This document shows positions 26,086 to 32,000 of a stretch of DNA of 32,000 nucleotides, in pieces. Every line of letters starts with the position of its first letter. Positions within the stretch are counted from its first letter, which is position 1. The position numbers and the translations under genes are program-made. Source of the DNA: Desulfocapsa sulfexigens DSM 10523 (GTDB taxonomy: Bacteria; Desulfobacterota; Desulfobulbia; Desulfobulbales; Desulfocapsaceae); contig NC_020304.1 of the NCBI RefSeq assembly GCF_000341395.1, positions 3,150,001 to 3,182,000 of the forward strand. The letters run 5' to 3'. The notes under the pieces are model-generated. The model saw nothing but the letters and a program-made list of their open reading frames with translations. It searched no databases and had not been told where the DNA came from.

Positions 26086-26197
26086 TATATGGGACGTCAG
26101 AAACTCATCCCTGGGGCTCTGCGTCCGCCGTCCAGGCCACAGATGCCCATATAATCAACACAAAACAATTCCTCCTCAGGTGGTAGGCTGAGGAATA
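26086..26197. repeat. Copy 1 of a ~85-110-nt intergenic repeat (TATATGGGACG ... ATCAACAC.AAACAA.TCCTCCT..GGTAGGCTGAGGA)
   Basis: Shares long identical blocks with 30652..30736. Carries roughly 30 extra nt, including a TATATGGG...CCCATATA inverted pair (26086..26153). Ends in hairpin TCCTCAG-GTGGTAGG-CTGAGGA. Confidence 0.7.
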
Positions 26198-26640
26198 ATG
26201 GTAATCAGGTTATCTTTTCTCTTTGATAGCCTAATATGACTGGCCAAAGGGCAAAATCACAGTTTTTTCTTAAGCCCCCCCAACTGCTCCTTTAACCATA
26301 TGCAGTACATGTTCTTAATCAGTTTCAAAGGAACTGATTTACCGTATCACACTTCTCTATTCATCTGCTCAACAAATCCCAATCCTTCCTGCCAGGTCAA
26401 TGGAAATTCCGAAAGACAACAGCCTTGGCTCCATGCAAGAATTGTCGTTCAGTCCAGCACAGAACAAGTTGATAATCACTTAGAAGTTCATAGTGTCATT
26501 CGTATCTTTTAAATCCTTAGTAAACTCCTATTCAAATCATTTTATTTGTGATTGAATTAGTAAAATTTCATTTTTATGACGATAAATGAAAATTGAAAAA
26601 ATATTGAGCAGTCAGTTTTTGACCTTAGATAGGTTCTTCT

Positions 26641-28929
26641 GTGAAAAACAAAAAGGATAGCGACGATTTGAATCAGGAAGGTATTAACCAGGTTTTAGCG
26701 AGAAGACTTACCGAATCTCAGCGTATTGCACACATTGGTAGTTGGGAGCACAACCTCGAAACCAATGAGACATTCTTTTCCGAGGAATTTTTCCGCTTGT
26801 GTGGCCTCGATTCAGAGAAAGATAGTGCAGATTTTGAGCTTTTTTTTAGCATTCTGCATTCAGAGGACCAACCGCTATTAAAAAAAACCATCGCAGAAAC
26901 ATTACAATCACACAAACCCTTCAATATCGATTATCGAATCATACTCAAGGATGGGAGTATCAGATACATCCGTTCCCTTGGGGAAATCATCCCCGATAGC
27001 GCCGGCAACCTTGTGATTTTGTCTGGAACAAGCCAGGACATAACCGACCGCAAGAAAGCTGAAGAAACGATGAAAAGAACGGAAAGCCTCTATCGAAGCT
27101 TCATAGATTCAATGAAAGACGTGGCATTTCTAAAGGACGATAAGCTTCGGTATTTGATTGCTAACAGGGCAACCTGTGATTTTCTGGGCCTACCCGTGGA
27201 GGAGGTGTTGGGGAAAACAGATTTTGATTTAATGCACGAAGATGCAGCAAACGCGTGCAGAAAAACGGATATAAAGGCTCTCACTTCCTCGAATGGTATT
27301 TTCGTAGATGAAGAATCATTTGGTGACACTATTTTTGAGACTCGAAAATTTCAAATTAGGTTGGCGGACAATGTCTTTGGTGTTGGTGCTTATATCACAG
27401 ATGTTACCGCACGCAAGCGGTCTGAGGAGAAGCTGCAGGAGAGCGAGGAGTACACCCGCAATATTCTCGATACCGTTGACGTGGGGCTTATCGTTGTTGA
27501 TCGCGACTACCGCATCATAACCGCCAATAACGCGTATCGTACTCAGATTGGCCAACAATTTGACGACAAGATAATTGGAAAACATTGCTATGAACTATCG
27601 CACCTGTCACGGCGACCATGTTTTGAGGCAGGCGAAGAGTGTGCTGTTCGGGGAGTGTTTGAGGACGGGGTATTACATACAACTGTTCACAAACATATCA
27701 ACAGGGACGGTAAAATACAATATATGGAAACCAAAGCTTTTCCTAACAAAGACAAAGCTGGCAATGTGACTTCAGCAATAGCAGTGATCCATAACATCAC
27801 CGAAAGGCATCTTCTTGAAGCCGAACAACTCAGGACACAGAAACTTGAAGCTATTGGAACACTTGCCGGCGGGATCGCACACGACTTCAACAATCTACTT
27901 CAAGGCGTATTCGGCTATATCTCTATGGCTAAGATAAAGTCGAGTCAACCAGAAGAGGTTATACGGAATCTGGAGCAGGCCGAAAAGGCCTTGTCACTAT
28001 CTGTGAATCTGACTACCCAGCTGCTAACTTTTGCCAAAGGAGGTAATCCTGTAAAAAAGAAGATTTATCTACAACCTGTGATCGAAAACGCTACAAAGTT
28101 TGCTTTGAGCGGGTCTCGATGTGATTACCTGTTGCATCTCGACCCAAACCTTTGGCAGGCAGAAGTAGATGAAGGACAGATAGCTCAAGTAATTCAGAAT
28201 ATCGTCCTTAACGCTAGTGAGGCGATGCCCGAAGGAGGTGTCGTCGATATTTTGTCCGAGAATATTACTCTTTTGCATGAAGGTCGGCATGTTAGGATTA
28301 TCATTAAAGATAGTGGAATCGGGATTCCTGAGGCCTATCGCTCGAAAGTTTTCGATCCCTACTTCACTACGAAGCAAAAAGGGAGTGGTCTTGGCCTTGC
28401 CACCTCATATTCGATTGTGAAAAACCATGGAGGTTCGATTAAGGTAGAAGCTTCACAGAATAATGGTACTTCCTTTATCATCACCCTTCCTGCATGTGAG
28501 TCTGAAATTCTGAAAGAAAAGACAATCGAATCCGCCATCGACATGCAGAAGCAGAACGGTCGTATTCTTTTAATGGATGACGACACCATGATAAGGGATG
28601 TGGCACTGAGTATGATAGAGTTATTGGGACATAACCTTGAATTGGCGAGCCATGGAGAAGAGGCTATTGAAAAATACCAGGTGGCGTTTCTTTCAGAGAA
28701 TCCCTTTGATTTTGTCATCCTCGATCTTACTGTTAAAGGTGGCATGGGGGGGCAAGAGACCATGCTAAAGCTTCAGGAGATTGACCCAAATGTGAGGGCT
28801 GTTGTTTCAAGTGGATATTCCGATGATCCAGTAGTTTCCGGGTTTCCTGATTATGGTTTCCAGGGAATGTTGAATAAACCTTACACTATCAAAGAATTGA
28901 AGGAGTGTCTGAGTGAGATGATAAACTGA
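26641..28929 (+). CDS. Hybrid sensor histidine kinase (multiple PAS domains, HisKA, HATPase_c, C-terminal receiver)
   Basis: GTG start (uncertain; a TTG at 26668 is also possible). PAS blocks (IGSWEHNL.., SFIDSMKDVAFLKD.., ILDTVDVGLIVVDRDYRI..). H-box GGIAHDFNNLLQG. N/G boxes NASEAMPEGG, DSGIGI, GSGLGLA. Receiver RILLMDDD..DFVILDLTVKG..K. Confidence 0.9.
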   Translation: MKNKKDSDDLNQEGINQVLARRLTESQRIAHIGSWEHNLETNETFFSEEFFRLCGLDSEKDSADFELFFSILHSEDQPLLKKTIAETLQSHKPFNIDYRIILKDGSIRYIRSLGEIIPDSAGNLVILSGTSQDITDRKKAEETMKRTESLYRSFIDSMKDVAFLKDDKLRYLIANRATCDFLGLPVEEVLGKTDFDLMHEDAANACRKTDIKALTSSNGIFVDEESFGDTIFETRKFQIRLADNVFGVGAYITDVTARKRSEEKLQESEEYTRNILDTVDVGLIVVDRDYRIITANNAYRTQIGQQFDDKIIGKHCYELSHLSRRPCFEAGEECAVRGVFEDGVLHTTVHKHINRDGKIQYMETKAFPNKDKAGNVTSAIAVIHNITERHLLEAEQLRTQKLEAIGTLAGGIAHDFNNLLQGVFGYISMAKIKSSQPEEVIRNLEQAEKALSLSVNLTTQLLTFAKGGNPVKKKIYLQPVIENATKFALSGSRCDYLLHLDPNLWQAEVDEGQIAQVIQNIVLNASEAMPEGGVVDILSENITLLHEGRHVRIIIKDSGIGIPEAYRSKVFDPYFTTKQKGSGLGLATSYSIVKNHGGSIKVEASQNNGTSFIITLPACESEILKEKTIESAIDMQKQNGRILLMDDDTMIRDVALSMIELLGHNLELASHGEEAIEKYQVAFLSENPFDFVILDLTVKGGMGGQETMLKLQEIDPNVRAVVSSGYSDDPVVSGFPDYGFQGMLNKPYTIKELKECLSEMIN

Positions 28930-29045
28930 GGCAGTTCCTATTTTCCCACTGCAATACTATTTGTGGTTCCAGATGTTAAATGATGCCTAGGGTATTGAAA
29001 TACTAACATACCTTTCGTACAGTTCTTGTAAATCTTTAAAAAGAC

Positions 29046-29741
29046 ATGATAATGGAATACCCTGCTAAATTTCTTAAACGAACAGAAAGGACACCTACTG
29101 CTGTAAGTTACCGCTTCACCAGGCATAAGGGGTTTAGCTTTACAGCCGGTCAATACATGCTTGTAAATTTAGGTGATAAACTGGTTCATCCATTATCACT
29201 AAGCAACTGCCCAGAAGAATCTAACTTCATTGAATTCACCAAGCGAATGACCAGCAGTCCATACTGCAGTCGTCTGGAATCCCTTGAAAAAGGTGAGACT
29301 ATCAACATAAAGGGACCTTTAGGGGATTTTTGCCTCGCTGAGTCACACGAGACTCTTGTCATGGTAGCTGGAGGCATTGGTATCACACCGATCAGGAGTA
29401 TTCTTACAAGTCTTGAGAAAAAAAAAGAAAACACCGGCAAGGTTATCTTACTCTACGGGAATTTGAATAGAGAGGATATAGCTTTCAAGGATGAATTGGA
29501 AACTCTAAAGATTCCCAACTATCATCTGGTTCATGTTTTATCTGACCCAACAGGCATGGAAAACGTTTATCACGGTTTTATAAGCGCAGATATAATTTCA
29601 AAAGAGGTCCCTGACTGCAGTAACGCCCACTATATGGTCTCAGGTCCACCTGTCATGGTTGAGGCGATAAAAAAAGCCTTAGCCTCGATTGATGTCTTAG
29701 GAGACCACATCCGTACCGATATGTTTCTCGGATATAAGTGA
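29046..29741 (+). CDS. Ferredoxin-reductase-type FAD/NAD(P)-binding oxidoreductase (stand-alone)
   Basis: F..GQYMLVNL, HPLSLS (RxYS-type FAD site), GPLGDF, and LVMVAGGIGITPIRSIL (NAD(P) glycine motif). 231 aa. Confidence 0.75.
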   Translation: MIMEYPAKFLKRTERTPTAVSYRFTRHKGFSFTAGQYMLVNLGDKLVHPLSLSNCPEESNFIEFTKRMTSSPYCSRLESLEKGETINIKGPLGDFCLAESHETLVMVAGGIGITPIRSILTSLEKKKENTGKVILLYGNLNREDIAFKDELETLKIPNYHLVHVLSDPTGMENVYHGFISADIISKEVPDCSNAHYMVSGPPVMVEAIKKALASIDVLGDHIRTDMFLGYK

Positions 29742-30017
29742 TAGGTTACACAATACTTTATTTGCCTACTCTATTAGCTGATCCAAAACAGCGCGATTGT
29801 CCCAAACGCAGTCTTGGTCGAGATTCTTTTTGTTACCGAAAGCTTAGTGCTGCAAATCCTACTTGTCCCTCAATGTTGCCTTTAGGCAAGAATAAACCAA
29901 TCCGGACCAGATTGAATAGTTGCTTCTGCAAATTTCTGACTGCTTTGGCCTGATTGTAGCAAGCGCTATATGACGTGTTTTTCGCATACTTTACGATTCA
30001 ACTCACAAAGGCGTAAC

Positions 30018-30212
30018 TCCAAAGAAGCTGCATTGGAATTAACTTATGTCGTGCCTTTTTTGCTTGAAGATGAGTTAATAGCAAAAGGCGGAAAGTACCA
30101 CAAAGTTTAAAATTGGAACTCTTTGGCAGTTATTGATGGTTTGATTGTAACAGGCTAGAACCCTGGTTCGTCAACTGCTGTTGCCGAAGCTTTGCTCAAA
30201 GCGCTTAATTAG
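30018..30212 (+). pseudogene. 3-prime remnant of a DJ-1/PfpI (class I glutamine amidotransferase-like) gene with two in-frame stops
   Basis: Translation reads KEAALELTYVVPFLLEDELIAKGGKYHKV*NWNSLAVIDGLIVTG*NPGSSTAVAEALLKALN*. The VPFLLEDEL and V(I)DG.L(I)TGQNP.SS motifs are the family C-terminus. Stops are TAA at 30108 and TAG at 30156, the latter replacing the conserved Q of TGQNP. No intact N-terminal half lies upstream. Confidence 0.6.
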
Positions 30213-30397
30213 TTTCAAGGTCCCTGCCTTCAATATGATGTTATGAATTTTAATGGAACGCTCATGCTGATATAGAGGGAAAAATCAGTACCGAAAAGAG
30301 TGGGACAAAAGAGATGTAATGAAATTCACATTAGTAAAGCTGACGATTTGACTGGTGGCATGCATCTTTTTGAAAAATAAATTTAACAGGAGGAATC

Positions 30398-30649
30398 ATG
30401 GATATAAATAGCTTGATAATATTTCTAGCGATTGGCGCATTAGCCGGGTGGTTTGCTGGCAAAATAATTAAAGGGAGAGGATTTGGAGCCATAGGCAATA
30501 TTATTGTTGGCGTTGTTGGAGCTGTTTTGGGCGGTTATGTGTTCAGCTTTCTGGGTGTAACAGCGGGAGGGTTAATAGGCTCTATAATTACAGCCACCGT
30601 TGGTGCCATCATTTTGTTGTTTGTAATCAGTATAGCTAAGAAGGTCTAA
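30398..30649 (+). CDS. GlsB/YeaQ/YmgE family (transglycosylase-associated) small membrane stress protein
   Basis: 83 aa with SD AGGAGG. GALAGWFAGKIIKGRGFGAIGNIIVGVVGAVLGGYVF is the family signature. Confidence 0.85.
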   Translation: MDINSLIIFLAIGALAGWFAGKIIKGRGFGAIGNIIVGVVGAVLGGYVFSFLGVTAGGLIGSIITATVGAIILLFVISIAKKV

Positions 30650-30651
30650 TT

Positions 30652-30736
30652 TATATGGGACGCCATAAACCCATCCCTTGAGGCACATCTGATCAACACG
30701 AAACAACTCCTCCTAAGCCGGTAGGCTGAGGAGGAG
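30652..30736. repeat. Copy 2 of the intergenic repeat; its hairpin probably terminates the convergent minus-strand gene
   Basis: TATATGGGACGCCATAAACCCATCCCT...ATCAACACGAAACAACTCCTCCT..GGTAGGCTGAGGAGGAG. The hairpin is CTCCTCCT-A-AGCC-GGTA-GGCT-G-AGGAGGAG (30707..30736). On the minus strand it is followed by TTGTTTCGTGTTG. Confidence 0.7.
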
Positions 30737-30755
30737 TGGCAATCAAAAAAGACTT

Positions 30756-32000
30756 TTATGGTGCCAAACTCTGCAATTTCACGCGACCAACACCTTTTCT
30801 TTCAACTATCACAGTTGCCAGTTCCCCGGCAGGAAGTCTCAGGTATGCGGCTGTCTTATACATATTAGGGTTGTCGATGTGCGATTTTTCATTACCGATT
30901 CTGACAATGACATCGTTGAGTTGAAAGCCGAGCTTATTTTTTGCTGCCCCTTCTTGATCGAGCCAACTGATCAGACAGAGAGGCTTTCCTTCCTGTTCTT
31001 CTGCCAATATATAACGGCTGCATCTGAAGCCCCACTGATATTTCTTTGTATTGTGAAAAGGGTAGCCGTTTTTGTCATAAATATATCCACCGAAGACAAA
31101 TTCATATGGAATATTGTATAATTCCCTGTCATTTTGACTAAAGTGCCACTCCATTTTGGTGTTAAATCGGAGAACCTTAGACATGGTTAAAATATCTAGC
31201 CGCCACTTCCTCTGTTCCTTTATAAAATAATAAGGACTACAGGAACGCTGTTCCAGGGGGTGGATGATGAGTGCCCGTGTCCCGTCATCGGAGTAGACCA
31301 CTTTTCCGTCATTGCATTGTGAGATAAATCGGTATTCATTATCCATATTAATATCTGTGACAGTCCGTTTCTGGAAGAATTTTCGCGTCGCCTCTGAAAA
31401 GATATCGAGATTTGGATTTTTGTTATGGGTCCTGAGACCCATCAGGTGCTTGGCAAGGATATCTTCAGGGGTGTCATCTTCTTCTACAGTAATATTATCT
31501 CCCTGTTTGGCCGTCCTATCCATCTGGCCAATGAGCGCATCGCTTCTTGACCCTCCACCCAGACTTTTAGTTTCCATTGGTTCAAGGTACTCTTTGCCCT
31601 GCTCTGCCTCCATGGCCCGGTCTTTGATGAGTTCCATCAGCATATACACCCCGTCGGAAATGTTCGAGTCACGAAAGTAAGGGACCATACCCTTACGTTC
31701 AATGTAGGAGATAAAGGCATCGGTGTAGATGGGCTCGAGAGCCATTGACACGCCCATTCGCACCTCATCGAGTTGAGAGTTGATCACAAGGAGCAGGGCT
31801 CTGCCGCTTGTTGAGCGACTCTCATACTGGAAGTCTTCGTAAGCCTCGTTGGTAAAGGAGGTGATATCCTGCTCGCTCCTGGTTGTCATCACTCGGAAAT
31901 CGATATCAAAGGTTTTGAGCAGGTAGCTGTTATATTCCCGATAGTGATCCATGACATCCGGAGAAAAATTTATTATTCCTGCATTGTCAACAATGAGAGT
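30756..32000 (-). CDS. TPM-domain protein with C-terminal PDZ-like domain (5-prime end beyond window)
   Basis: The frame stays open upstream of the Met at 31952 to the window edge (TLIVDNAGIINFSPDV), which is a TPM-domain opening. TPM core is GRALLLVINSQLDEVRMGVSMALEPIYTD. The C-terminus LNDVIVRIGNE..PAGELATVIVERKG is PDZ-like. Confidence 0.7.
   Translation of the reverse strand, partial: TLIVDNAGIINFSPDVMDHYREYNSYLLKTFDIDFRVMTTRSEQDITSFTNEAYEDFQYESRSTSGRALLLVINSQLDEVRMGVSMALEPIYTDAFISYIERKGMVPYFRDSNISDGVYMLMELIKDRAMEAEQGKEYLEPMETKSLGGGSRSDALIGQMDRTAKQGDNITVEEDDTPEDILAKHLMGLRTHNKNPNLDIFSEATRKFFQKRTVTDINMDNEYRFISQCNDGKVVYSDDGTRALIIHPLEQRSCSPYYFIKEQRKWRLDILTMSKVLRFNTKMEWHFSQNDRELYNIPYEFVFGGYIYDKNGYPFHNTKKYQWGFRCSRYILAEEQEGKPLCLISWLDQEGAAKNKLGFQLNDVIVRIGNEKSHIDNPNMYKTAAYLRLPAGELATVIVERKGVGRVKLQSLAP

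Noticed and set aside
26086-26197. 17-18-codon minus-strand ORFs (SD AGGAGGA + GTG) inside both repeat copies, as a small toxin or leader peptide.
   Set aside because: The peptides (MLIIWASVAWTADAEPQG versus MLIRCASRDGFMASHIN) diverge after the first few residues because of indels. The conservation is therefore at the nucleotide/structure level, not the protein level.
26300-26512. The 70-aa track ORF in the long gap before the hybrid kinase.
   Set aside because: It has no RBS and no recognisable domain, and its composition is typical of random AT-rich sequence.
29738-29953. The 71-aa track ORF overlapping the reductase stop.
   Set aside because: It has a GTG start inside the previous gene and a Cys/Arg/Pro-rich translation. 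It is more likely decayed DNA of the DJ-1/PfpI pseudogene region.
1-32000. Mobile elements, prophage, defence islands and CRISPR arrays.
   Set aside because: No integrase, transposase, recombinase, phage structural gene, restriction/abortive-infection-type gene or regularly spaced repeats could be identified anywhere in the window.

Overview
This is a 32-kb chromosomal window from a Gram-negative bacterium. The evidence for Gram-negative is the LPS heptose genes, a PEP-CTERM tail and a TAXI receptor. The moderately AT-rich composition and gene content are compatible with a Desulfobulbales-like Thermodesulfobacteriota, but that placement is low confidence. I support about 27 CDS plus 2 pseudogenes. 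Housekeeping genes are tsaE, waaF, gmhB, ldcA, coaX, cutA, thiD, a compact parE/parC pair and a COG2984/COG4120/COG1101-type ABC importer. Signalling genes are unusually dense among them: two PAS histidine kinases, an EAL-HDOD protein, an HD-GYP protein with a degenerate GGDEF-like tail, and a CdaZ-like diadenylate cyclase divergent from a DHH/DHHA1 phosphoesterase. I found no rRNA, tRNA, CRISPR array, transposase, integrase or recognisable defence gene. Five stretches are least ordinary. (1) 13.2-16.3 kb holds a frameshifted PEP-CTERM gene, a ~570-nt hairpin-dense non-coding island, two orphan proteins and a recurring ATACGCCTTA motif. (2) The cyclase/phosphoesterase pair has a 567-bp intergenic region with an orphan promoter plus terminator. 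(3) A ~85-110-nt repeat occurs in direct orientation at 26.1 kb and 30.7 kb. (4) A stand-alone YcaO-TPR protein has no partner or precursor gene. (5) A 10-Cys mini-protein is translationally coupled to cutA. None of these is a demonstrated new system. All functional claims are family-level inferences from motifs read by eye.
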